This document shows, in pieces, positions 40,901-49,503 of a stretch of DNA of 64,000 nucleotides. The DNA is taken from the NCBI GenBank assembly GCA_963843145.1, contig CAWJJC010000027.1, positions 160,001 through 224,000 of the forward strand, read 5' to 3'. This DNA comes from an uncultured delta proteobacterium. Lineage in GTDB: Bacteria > Desulfobacterota > RBG-13-43-22. Every line of letters starts with the position of its first letter. The first letter of the stretch is position 1. Made by a program: the position numbers and the translations under genes. Under the pieces are notes generated by a model. It did no database searches, was not told the DNA's origin, and saw nothing but the letters and a program-made list of their open reading frames with translations.

Positions 40901-41549
40901 GACGAAAGGTGTTGTGACCCACTAAAATCTCACCGGGCCGCGCCAGCGTAGACAACCGGGATGCCAGATTAACCGTATCTCCGGTAATTCCAAGGATTCC
41001 CTTTCCCAATGTTACTTCACCGGTAACGACCAGTCCTGTATTGATCCCTGAATGCATGGCCAAACGCTTTCCGACCGTGTACTCAAATTGAGGACTAATG
41101 TCCTCGATCCGTTCATGTATTTCTCTCGCCGCTCGGATCGCTCTAACCGGATCATCCTCATGAACCTTGGGCACCCCAAAGAACGCTACCACCGCATCAC
41201 CGATAAATTTCTGAATAGTCCCCTCATATTTACTCACTGTATCGCTCATCTCACCGAAGATCCGGTTCATGATCTTTTTAACCTCTTCAGGATCCAACCG
41301 CTCAGACATGGCCGTATATCCGGAGAGATCAGAGAAAAGAACCGTCACCTGCTTTCGTTCCTCTTCGATGGCTGATTCTATCTGTCTGGCAGCTAATACA
41401 TCTAATTGCCGCCCGCACCTGCCGCAGAACTGAAATCCCTCGGGATTTACGAAATGGCAGGCAGGGCAAATCCCCTCCAATTTGGTACCACATTTTCCAC
41501 AAAAATCCAGGCCATCGGGGTTATGATATTGGCATTGGGGGCATTTCAT
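37965..41549 (-). CDS. Double zinc ribbon + class III nucleotide cyclase + STAND-type ATPase + TPR protein
   Basis: CPQC..CGKC..CPAC..CGRC; VLFSDLSGYT, KFIGDA, GDTVNLASRL; GEPGIGKSR, MEDFHW, GGNPFFIEE; helical repeats in the C-terminal half. Confidence 0.93.
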   Translation of the reverse strand: MKCPQCQYHNPDGLDFCGKCGTKLEGICPACHFVNPEGFQFCGRCGRQLDVLAARQIESAIEEERKQVTVLFSDLSGYTAMSERLDPEEVKKIMNRIFGEMSDTVSKYEGTIQKFIGDAVVAFFGVPKVHEDDPVRAIRAAREIHERIEDISPQFEYTVGKRLAMHSGINTGLVVTGEVTLGKGILGITGDTVNLASRLSTLARPGEILVGHNTFRRADWLFDFEPLVPARVKGKTEPVKIYRVVGKKEKTRRSVGFDSPLVGREKEMDLLSLQVVRLINGQGGIITVIGEPGIGKSRLLAELRQTAAVKKTVFLEGRAISMGRSLSFYPIVDALKYWSQIRGKDTDAEAQWKLERAIRDIHPEEAGEIFPFIATLMGMKLNEKSAQRVLGIEGEALEKLIFRSMRELLIRGSEVRPMMIYMEDFHWVDTSSLELLKALFRLVEECRILFIIVFRPGYTDTGERIIAFIQENYATNWTKIELEPLKESESGQLLNNLLEIKSFPHLLREQILQRAGGNPFFIEEVVRSLIIERAVVQEKGEYRVTEKIEDIVIPQSIHALIMARIDRLDEGTKNLVRIASVIGRNFFYRILTAVAGHIEKVDSRLEALKEIQLIRERKRMEEVEYLFAHALTQEAVYESILIQRRKEIHQKVAQSIEKIFSERIHEFYGMLAYHYCRAESLEKAEEYLIKAGEEALRSAASDEALHYYEEALQLYLKKSGKNADPEKVAMLEKNIALALYNRGQHQEAIRHFDKTLDYYWGKLPKATVFELIKLSWAFSHFLVSLHLPFLKFKKTPTERDVEIVDLFSKKINSISLTNAKRFFIEYFYLFRFISSFDLRKFREGYGIFVMASALFAYSGISFALSKKALNALSDTVSRSDVTNYTMYEVCETVHHFLGGNWKALKDYDDDLVDKNCRIGEIYNASQYLFWHGLGTICQGSFDKARAIMDRLQNLYEVYGNSLSEVFKYEISTMLLIESGKLNDALIESEKGIAFGQKAHSNFWWGFHTFQAWIHIMMNAIDKAEECLEQADRIRVQTETAPFQISYCFKTHLEYNLYCLRESTKSGNREEMDKFQREAIKSIRSLGRVARKVAYHRTDSYRLTGAYYWTINDHKKALGWWHRAVQEGERLGARPQLARLYFEVGRCLLEEKAQYKKLDNIKGEAYLGKARAWYEEMKMETYLEEIDRLVEMRGF

Positions 41550-41871
41550 TCTCGGGCTCTCCTTCGATAGAGACCCCTTAATAAAATTTCGGAAGGTGGC
41601 GGTGGAAATACAAAAGCCTCCATCAGGGCCTTACCCCATTGGAGGCTTCGTCTCGGAATTTTTTGAAACTCCCACTTCATATCCCAATCCAAAAGTTCTT
41701 TAGAGTTAGGTTAGGAAGTACACGAATATATTCAACTGTAGGATAAAACCTTAATCATACTTTAGACAAAATGTCAATGGCATTCTAGGTAAGCGAAGGG
41801 AAGGTCCTAAGGCCGGATGACTGGATGCGGGCCGGATAAGCGGTCGGCGGCTCCCTTCTCGGACTCCGCAA

Positions 41872-43234
41872 TCAGAATCCAATTTTGCTGCTGATCGTTA
41901 CCACCCGTTCCCGAATTTCTTCCCAATCCAGCGTCAACAGCTTTCGCTGCCGCATCACCATTTGCCCGGCAATAAAAACCGTGTCTACATCCGCCCCGGA
42001 GGCCGCATAGACTAAGTGGGAAAAGGGATGGTAGAGGGGGGTCAAATGGGGTTGGTTTAGATTGATCAAAATCAAATCCGCCTGTTTGCCCACTTCCAAA
42101 GAACCGATTTCTTTTTCCAGCCCCAGGACCTTGGCCGCCTCGAGGGTGGCCATTTCCAGGACGGAATGGGCCTCCAACACGGTAGGGTCGAGGCGATGGA
42201 CCTTGTGCAGGCGAGCGGCGGTGCCCATTTCCCGGAAGAGATCCAGGTCATTATTGCCGGCACAGCCGTCCGTGCCCAACCCCACGACTATCCCTCGGGC
42301 CAGCAGTTCCACAACCGGGGTGACCCCCGCCCCCAGCTTCATATTGCTTTCCGGGCAATGGCTAACACGTGTCCCCGCTTCGGCCAGGAGTGCCATTTCC
42401 TCCAGATCCGGATAATTCACATGGACCCCGATAGTGGAATCATCCAGACAACCCAACCTATGCAAATAACGAACCGGGGTCAGACCGGTTTGACCCTGGA
42501 CCAGGGCCACCTCCTCCCGGGTTTCCGCCAGGTGAATAAATAAAGGAATCGCCTTTTCCAGGGCCAGGGCCTTGGCCTTTTCCAGGGTCTTCGCGGAGCA
42601 GGTGTAAGGAGAATGGGGGAACAACCCCAGTCGGATCCCGAGGAGATTGTCCGGACCATTTTTCGATGAAATCCCGGGCCGAACGGATATTGTCGGCCGG
42701 GTCCGGGACACCCGGGGCCGGAAAATCAATCACCCCCGGGGCCAGGACAGCCCGCATGCCGGACTGATAAATCGCTCGGGCGGCGCCATCCAGGCAAAAA
42801 TAGCCGTCGGCCAGGGTGGTGGTCCCGGAGCGGATCATTTCAGCGCAGGCCAGGAGGCTTCCCCAGTAAACCGTCTCCGGGTTGATAAACCGGGCCTCCG
42901 CGGGGAAGATGTGCTTTTCCAGCCAGTCCTTCAGGGGCAGGTCGTCGGCCAGACCCCGGAAAAGGGTCATGGCCGAATGGGTGTGGGTATTGATCAGCCC
43001 CGGCAGGACCAGGAACCCCCGGCCGTCAATCACTTCCCGGGCCGTCCAGAGCTCCGGACAACGGGCGCCGAGATACGTAATCCGGCTGTCTTTGATGCCT
43101 ATGGAGCCGGTCGGAATCGGGTCGGGATGAGCCGGGGACAGGGTTAGGATCAGTCCGTCCTTGATCAAAAAATCAAAATCCTCCTCGACAGGCCCTTGTT
43201 GCGAGGGTAGTTTCGAATTTTGATATTTGGTCAT
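41872..43234 (-). CDS. mtaD: MtaD-like 5'-methylthioadenosine/SAH deaminase (amidohydrolase), copy 2, frameshift near 42638
   Basis: PGLINTHTH, LFRGLADDLPL, then PHSPYTC, HLAET, HCPESNMKL, GTDG; one extra G joins the two ORFs. Confidence 0.8.
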
Positions 43235-43292
43235 TTGAATTTGTTTCGGATTTCGAGTTTCGGATTTGAAACTGCCCGGTCGTCCCGGCTTA

Positions 43293-44636
43293 CTAATTTA
43301 GCCGGGCCAGCCGCAAAGACTCGGCGAAACGATTCGCCCGGGATAAAATTTCTTTAAGATCCAGGGTCAACAGCTCCCGGTTCTTCATCACCGTTCGGCC
43401 ATTGATGATCACCCGGGTGACATCGGCGCCCCGAGCCGCGTAGACTAGATGGGAATAGATGTTATAAAGTGGTGTCAGGTGCGGTTGATCCAGGTCCAAG
43501 AGTATAATATCGGCCTTTTTTTCGGCCTCCAGGGACCCCACCCGGGATTCCAGCCCCAGCACCCGGGCACCGCCGCGGGTAGCCATCCGGAACACGGTGC
43601 GGGCATCCATGACAGTGGGATCCAGACGATGGACCTTATGCAGTTTGGCCGCCGAATCCATTTCCTGAAACAAGTCCAAATTGTTGTTGCTGGCGCAGCC
43701 GTCGGTCCCCAGGCCGACGCAAACCCCCCGGCGTAACAGCTCTACCACCGGGGCCACCCCGGAGGCCAGTTTCATATTACTTTCCGGGCAATGGACCACC
43801 TTGACCCCCGCGGCCGCCAGGGTTTTCTGGTCGGCTTCCGGGAGCACCACGCAGTGAACGGCGATTAGATGCGCGTCGAGCAACCCCAATCGGGCCAGGT
43901 GCTGGGTCGGCGAGACCCCGTATTGTTTCAAAATCTGATCTGCTTCGGTTTGGGTTTCCGCCAGGTGGATGATCAGGGGAACCCCGGTTTCAGCCGACAA
44001 CCTTTTGGCCTGGAGGAGCAACTCCGGGCCGCAGGTGAACGGGGTGTGGGGTTCAACGGCCACAGAAATCAGGGGGTCATCCCGGTATTTCCGGATCAAC
44101 TCACGAGTATATTCAAACCCCTTTTCCAGGGGCCCGTAATTGGGGGAGGGAAAATCGTAAAGCACTTCTCCCACCAAAGCCCGCAGGCCGGCCTCCTGGG
44201 CGGCCCGAGCCACCTGGCCCTCGAAAAGGTACATGTCGCAGAAGGTGGTGGTACCGGACAAGATCATCTCCGCGCAAGCCAGCAAGGTCCCCCAATAGAC
44301 CCATTCCCCGGTCAGGCGGCGTTCCGCCGGAAAGATATGGTTTTCCAGCCAATCCATCAGCGGCAGGTCGTCGGCCAAGCCGCGCAGCAAGGTCATGGCC
44401 GCATGGGTATGGCTATTGATCAAACCGGGCAAAACGGCCCCTCCGCGGGCATCAACGACTTCCTTGGCCTTTAAGGCCAACGGCGCCAGCTCTTGTTCCG
44501 GTCCTACGGCCAAGATAGAATCTCCGCTAATCGCCAGGGCCCCGGGATGAAAAATATTCAGCCGGTCATCCATGGTGACTACCAGGCCGTTTTTTATGAA
44601 TAGATCAATGGGTTTTTCTGATATCCGAACGCTCAT
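43293..44636 (-). CDS. mtaD: MtaD-like 5'-methylthioadenosine/SAH deaminase (amidohydrolase), copy 1
   Basis: PGLINSHTHAAMTLLRGLADDLPLMDWL, HLAET, HCPESNMKLASG, GTDGCASNNNLD. Confidence 0.87.
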   Translation of the reverse strand: MSVRISEKPIDLFIKNGLVVTMDDRLNIFHPGALAISGDSILAVGPEQELAPLALKAKEVVDARGGAVLPGLINSHTHAAMTLLRGLADDLPLMDWLENHIFPAERRLTGEWVYWGTLLACAEMILSGTTTFCDMYLFEGQVARAAQEAGLRALVGEVLYDFPSPNYGPLEKGFEYTRELIRKYRDDPLISVAVEPHTPFTCGPELLLQAKRLSAETGVPLIIHLAETQTEADQILKQYGVSPTQHLARLGLLDAHLIAVHCVVLPEADQKTLAAAGVKVVHCPESNMKLASGVAPVVELLRRGVCVGLGTDGCASNNNLDLFQEMDSAAKLHKVHRLDPTVMDARTVFRMATRGGARVLGLESRVGSLEAEKKADIILLDLDQPHLTPLYNIYSHLVYAARGADVTRVIINGRTVMKNRELLTLDLKEILSRANRFAESLRLARLN

Positions 44637-44721
44637 CCTCCCCTATTCCTCTAAAAATTGAAATCTCAAAATGAAATTGAGGCACGCGGGTCTCTGGCAA
44701 AATAATTTAAATATTCTTTGG

Positions 44722-45576
44722 TTAGCTTTTAATTTTCCTCCCGCCCTTCAGCTCCTGCGGGGTCAATTTGGAAACCACCCCTTCGACCAGGGCCATCAAT
44801 CGGGGTTCGGCTTTTCGCGCCGTGGCAATAATGGCCTTCAGCGAAGCGGGCTCCTGGCAGTCCGGTCGGTTGACGTTGGAAATGACCGATATTCCCAGAA
44901 TTCGCAGACGGCACTGCACCGCGGTAATAACTTCCAGGACGGTGGACATGCCCACGGCTTGGGCCCCCATCTGTCTGAGCATTCGCGTTTCCGCCGGCGT
45001 CTCCAGGCTGGGTCCCTTGACCGCTACGTAGACCCCCCGGCGAAGCGGGATTTGTTTCTGCAGAGCCACTTTTTCGGCCAGGTCCGTCAAGCGGCGGTCA
45101 TAAACGGCGGAGAGGTCGGGAAAACGGTCTCCCCAATACTCCTGGTGGGAACCTACCAGAGGATTCTCTCCGGTAAGATTGATGTGATCCATGATCAGCA
45201 TCAGATCCCCGGACTCGAACCCGGGGTCCAGACCCCCGGCGGCATTGGAAACGATCAGGACCTTCACGCCTAATCCGGCCAGTACCCGAATAGGGAAACC
45301 GATCTCCTGGGGCGCATAGCCTTCATAGAGATGGAACCGGCCCTGAAGGGCGACTACCGGTTTACCGGCCAGGGTCCCCCAAACCAACTGGCCCTGATGG
45401 GACTCCACGGTGGAATGGGGGAAATAGGGTATTTGCTCATAGGGGATGGACCGGGCCTTTTTGATCCCGCCAGCCGACTCACCCAGACCGGTGCCCAGGA
45501 TAAGTCCGATGGGGGCCACGCCACCCATTTTCTTCTTCAAGTAGGAGACTGTTTTTAGAAATCGTTCTTTGTTCAT
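44722..45576 (-). CDS. Purine-nucleoside phosphorylase (trimeric PNP/MTAP family)
   Basis: GLILGTGLG, STVESHQG, QGRFHLYEGY, SNAAGG, GPSLETPAE, VGMSTV. Confidence 0.93.
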   Translation of the reverse strand: MNKERFLKTVSYLKKKMGGVAPIGLILGTGLGESAGGIKKARSIPYEQIPYFPHSTVESHQGQLVWGTLAGKPVVALQGRFHLYEGYAPQEIGFPIRVLAGLGVKVLIVSNAAGGLDPGFESGDLMLIMDHINLTGENPLVGSHQEYWGDRFPDLSAVYDRRLTDLAEKVALQKQIPLRRGVYVAVKGPSLETPAETRMLRQMGAQAVGMSTVLEVITAVQCRLRILGISVISNVNRPDCQEPASLKAIIATARKAEPRLMALVEGVVSKLTPQELKGGRKIKS

Positions 45577-45862
45577 AGTTTCCTTTCCTTTGAGGCTTAG
45601 CTGAGGCCTGGATTCTGGATCGCGCTTCGCTTGTCCGGAATAACGAGCTGACGCGACTCGTTTAAAGCCTATTTTCATGCTTAGCGGGTGCTCTCTGGAG
45701 CCGGTGGGTTTAATACGAAAATCCTCCCTCTTGACGGCACCAGTTGCAGAATAATGATTTATGCTTTAATATACTAAAAAAAATTGTTGAACAAGAAATT
45801 TTATCCCAACGAACCTCCCTTTCCCCTGGCAAGGGAGGGTTGAATTTTAGGGGGATTTTTCC

Positions 45863-46774
45863 ATGGATCGAAGAGCTTTTTTGAAAGAGGTCGCCCTGTG
45901 GTCGGCCGGGTTGACCCTCGTTCCGCCTCTGGTGACGATGAAACCGGAAGCCCGAGCCGAAGGGAACAAATCTTTGGTGATAGTCGGAGAAGGTTCGGAT
46001 TATCCCGCCCTGGTATCTAAGGTGCTAGCCCCGCTGGGGGGGATGACCGCCCTGGTCAAGAAAGGGGACCGAGTGGTGGTCAAGCCCAATATCGGTTGGG
46101 ATCGCACCCCGGAACAGGCCGCCAATACCCACCCGGAGGTGGTCAAGGCCCTGGTCAAACAGGCCCTGGAGGCGGGGGCCGGCCAAGTGCTGGTCTTTGA
46201 CCGGACCTGCAACGAGGAGCGACGCTGTTACGTCAACAGCGGGATCAAAAAAGCCGTGGAGTCCCTCGGGGACCGTCGGGTGTCCTGTCCTTTTATCGAT
46301 CAGCGGAAATTTGTTCCGGTCCGTTTGGCTAAAGGTAAATCCCTCCAGGAATGGGAATTTTACAAAGACGCCCTCGAGGCCGACTGCTATATCAACGTAC
46401 CGGTGGCCAAACATCACTCCTCGGCCGGTCTCAGCCTGGGTCTGAAGAACATCATGGGGGTCCTCGGCGGTTCTCGCGGCAAAATCCACTTTTCTTTGGG
46501 ACAGCGGATCGCCGATCTGAATCTGGTGATCAAACCTCGGGTTACAGTCATCGACGCTACCCGGATCCTGCTGCGCAACGGTCCGCAGGGAGGGGATCTG
46601 CGGGATGTCAAAGTGCTTAATACCCTGCTGGCCTCCACCGACATCGTGGCTGTTGACGCCTATGCCGCCACTTTTTTTCAATTAAAACCCGAAGAGGTGG
46701 AATCGACCCGGGCGGCCTTTCAATTGGGTCTGGGAGAAATTGACCTGAAGAAGATAAAGATCCTTAAAGTCTGA
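45863..46774 (+). CDS. DUF362 domain protein with Tat signal
   Basis: MDRRAFLK twin-arginine; VVVKPNIGW, NTHPEVV, INVPVAKHH, LGLKNIMG, D.VAVD. Confidence 0.87.
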   Translation: MDRRAFLKEVALWSAGLTLVPPLVTMKPEARAEGNKSLVIVGEGSDYPALVSKVLAPLGGMTALVKKGDRVVVKPNIGWDRTPEQAANTHPEVVKALVKQALEAGAGQVLVFDRTCNEERRCYVNSGIKKAVESLGDRRVSCPFIDQRKFVPVRLAKGKSLQEWEFYKDALEADCYINVPVAKHHSSAGLSLGLKNIMGVLGGSRGKIHFSLGQRIADLNLVIKPRVTVIDATRILLRNGPQGGDLRDVKVLNTLLASTDIVAVDAYAATFFQLKPEEVESTRAAFQLGLGEIDLKKIKILKV

Positions 46775-46810
46775 ACGAGTCGATTTCGTGCTTTGATTTT
46801 ATAGGTGCTC

Positions 46811-48352
46811 ATGGCTTCCAATAAAGTTTCCGCTTGGCGTTGGGGAAGGAGGCTTTCCCAGGGTTTTTTTCTGGTCCTCTTCCTGCTGCTCTTTCGCCTG
46901 ACCGATTACGGCGGCCGGGATGAAATTCCTTACGCCGTAAATATTTTTTTCCGTCTGGATCCTCTGGTGGCCGCCAGCGCTATATTGGCCTCCCGAGTGG
47001 TCATCACCCTGGTCTGGTATTCCCTGATCGTGGTAGTCCTGACCCTGATTCTGGGTCGGGTTTTCTGCGGCTGGTTCTGTCCCTTGGGCACCCTGCTCGA
47101 TCTGTCCCATCAGCTCATCCCTCCCCGGAAGGATGTCCGGCCAAACCGCTACCGCACCTGGAAATATCTTCTCCTGGGTATCATTCTGCTGACCGCCCTG
47201 CTGGGCTTACCGTTGGTGGGTTACTTTGACCCCTTTTCCATCCTGGTGCGGAGTTTGACGGTCTCGGTGGATCCCTTTTTTAATCGGTTCATCACCGCCC
47301 CGTTCGACTTCTTGTACCGTTACGGCCCTTCCTGGGTTTCGGCCATCAGCGAACCGATTTACGGTGTGGTCAAAAAAACCCTTCTGCCCTATCAGCAGAA
47401 AGTGTTTACCCTCAGCCTGGTGTCCCTCCTCATTCTCCTGACGGTCTTTGGCCTGGAGCGTCTGGGGCGCCGTTTCTGGTGCCGCAATCTCTGCCCGCTG
47501 GGGGGGCTGCTGGCGTTGCTTTCTCGGTTCTCCTGGCTGCGGGGACGCCACGATGAAACCGCCTGCACCCAGTGCGGTCTGTGCGCCAAAGTCTGCCGCC
47601 TCGGGGCCGTCGATGCGGACCGCCGTATCTCCCCCGCGGACTGCAACCTCTGCCTGGATTGCCAGGATCTTTGCCCGGAGCAGATCATCGGCTTTACTTT
47701 TAAAAAACCGGACACCCCGCAGCCGGCGCTCGGAATTTCCCGCCGGGCCTTCGCCGGGATGCTGGCTTCGGGTCTGGTGCTCCCGGCTTATTCCCAAATC
47801 GGGGCACAAACCCGGGTGGTCAACCCGGAATTAATCAGACCGCCGGGTTCCCTGGAGGAGAAACGATTCCTGGAGCGCTGTGTGCGCTGCGGGGAGTGTC
47901 TAAAGGTCTGCCCTTTGAACGCCTTGCACCCCATCGGTCTGGAATCCGGCTGGGGCGGTATCTTCACCCCCCGACTGATCCCCCGGATCGGCTATTGCGA
48001 GTTCAATTGCACCCTCTGCGGCCAGGTCTGCCCCACCGGGGCGATCGAGCATTTGGATCTCCCCCGAAAACAGAAAACCGTCATCGGTCTGGCCCATTTT
48101 GACAAAAACCGTTGTCTGCCTTATGCCCGCGGCGTCGCTTGTATCGTTTGCGAGGAGCATTGCCCCACACCGGACAAGGCCATCAAATTTAGGGAAGCTG
48201 AGGTACTCGATCAAAACGGCCGTCTGGTCCGGATGAAACAGCCTTACGTCATCGATCGCCTTTGTATCGGGTGCGGGATCTGCGAAAACAAATGCCCTCT
48301 GGAGGGAAAGGCGGCTGTGTTGGTAAACCGAGGTTCAATGACCGGAGCGTAA
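46811..48352 (+). CDS. Membrane polyferredoxin (NapH/MauN-like plus NapG/MauM-like 4Fe-4S domains)
   Basis: GRVFCGWFCPLG, RFWCRNLCPLG, several CxxCxxCxxxCP motifs, RPPG. Confidence 0.9.
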   Translation: MASNKVSAWRWGRRLSQGFFLVLFLLLFRLTDYGGRDEIPYAVNIFFRLDPLVAASAILASRVVITLVWYSLIVVVLTLILGRVFCGWFCPLGTLLDLSHQLIPPRKDVRPNRYRTWKYLLLGIILLTALLGLPLVGYFDPFSILVRSLTVSVDPFFNRFITAPFDFLYRYGPSWVSAISEPIYGVVKKTLLPYQQKVFTLSLVSLLILLTVFGLERLGRRFWCRNLCPLGGLLALLSRFSWLRGRHDETACTQCGLCAKVCRLGAVDADRRISPADCNLCLDCQDLCPEQIIGFTFKKPDTPQPALGISRRAFAGMLASGLVLPAYSQIGAQTRVVNPELIRPPGSLEEKRFLERCVRCGECLKVCPLNALHPIGLESGWGGIFTPRLIPRIGYCEFNCTLCGQVCPTGAIEHLDLPRKQKTVIGLAHFDKNRCLPYARGVACIVCEEHCPTPDKAIKFREAEVLDQNGRLVRMKQPYVIDRLCIGCGICENKCPLEGKAAVLVNRGSMTGA

Positions 48353-48390
48353 ACGGTCTAAGAATTTAGCTCCAATTCAAGGCAGAGGAC

Positions 48391-49498
48391 CTATGAATTC
48401 GGATTTTTCTTTTTCTTGGTCCGGAGCCACAAAAAAGCTTCAATAAAGGGATCAATATTTCCGTTTAAGACACTGTCCACATTTCCTATTTCCAATTGAG
48501 TTCGGTGATCTTTCACCAGTCGGTAAGGAGCTAAGGTGTATGAACGGATTTGGCTCCCCCAAGAAATCTCCGATTGCCCTTCGTGGAGTTCTCGCTTTTT
48601 TTCTTCTTTTTTCTGCAACTCCAATTCGTAGAGGCGTGATTTCAACACCTTAAAGGCCATATCCTTGTTCCGGTGCTGAGACTTTTCGTTCTGGCATTGG
48701 ACGACGATCCCGGTGGGAAAATGGGTCAGCCGAATTGCCGAACTGGTTTTATTGACGTGCTGACCGCCGGCGCCGCTGGCTCGAAAAGTATCCACCCGCA
48801 CATCCGCCTCATTGACTTCAATATCGAGGTCCTCTTCCACTTCGGGATAAACAAAAACGGAGGCAAAGGAGGTGTGCCGCCGTCCTCCGGCATCGAAGGG
48901 AGAGATTCGGACCAGTCGGTGAATCCCGGTTTCAGAGTGAAGATACCCGTAGGCGTATTTCCCTTCCACGGTAAAGGTCACGCTTTTGGTGCCGGCCTCA
49001 TCCCCGGGAAGCATATCGATCACTTCGGTCTTGTAGTTCCGCGTTTCCGCCCAGCGCAGATACATGCGTAAAAGCATTTCGGCCCAATCCTGGGCCTCGG
49101 TACCGCCGGCCCCGGCATGAATGGCCACAATGGCATTGTTGATGTCGGTTTCCCCGGAAAGTAGCTTAGTAAACTCCATCTGCGAAAGCTTTTTTTCGAG
49201 GGCCCCCAGCTTCTCCCGGACCTCGGCGAGCGTCTCGCTATCCGCCTCTTCCTGGGCCAGATCAAGGAGGATATCCGTTTCCTCCAATTGGTCCCGAGTC
49301 TCCTCCCATTCGCCGAGGGCGTTGAGGATTTTTCCCCGCTCCTTCAATAAAACCCGGGCTTGCTCGGGCTGGTTCCAGAATTGGTCTTGGGCGATCGCCT
49401 TTTCTAAGACTTGTAAACGGGCCTGTTTCCCTTCCAGGTCAAAGATATTCTCCCAATTTAAATAATCGGTCTTTGGCCTGATCTATTTCTTCGCGCAT
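48391..49498 (-). CDS. prfB: Peptide chain release factor 2 with programmed +1 frameshift
   Basis: ATG 49498 MREEIDQAKDRLFKLGEYL, then CTT TGA C; SPF and GGQ motifs downstream. Confidence 0.97.
49438..49452 (-). promoter_or_regulatory. prfB autoregulatory frameshift site (internal SD-like GGAG + CTTTGAC)
   Basis: Minus strand GGAGAATATCTTTGAC; +1 frame continues DLEGKQARL..FWNQPEQA. Confidence 0.92.
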
Positions 49499-49503
49499 AC
49501 TCT

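Noticed and set aside
30788-41871. Integrase, tRNA or att-type boundaries for the island
   Set aside because: I found no recombinase, tRNA or flanking direct repeat by eye; foreign origin rests on composition only
49438-49498. In-frame stop near the start of prfB as a pseudogene or novelty
   Set aside because: It is the well-known CTT TGA C autoregulatory +1 frameshift
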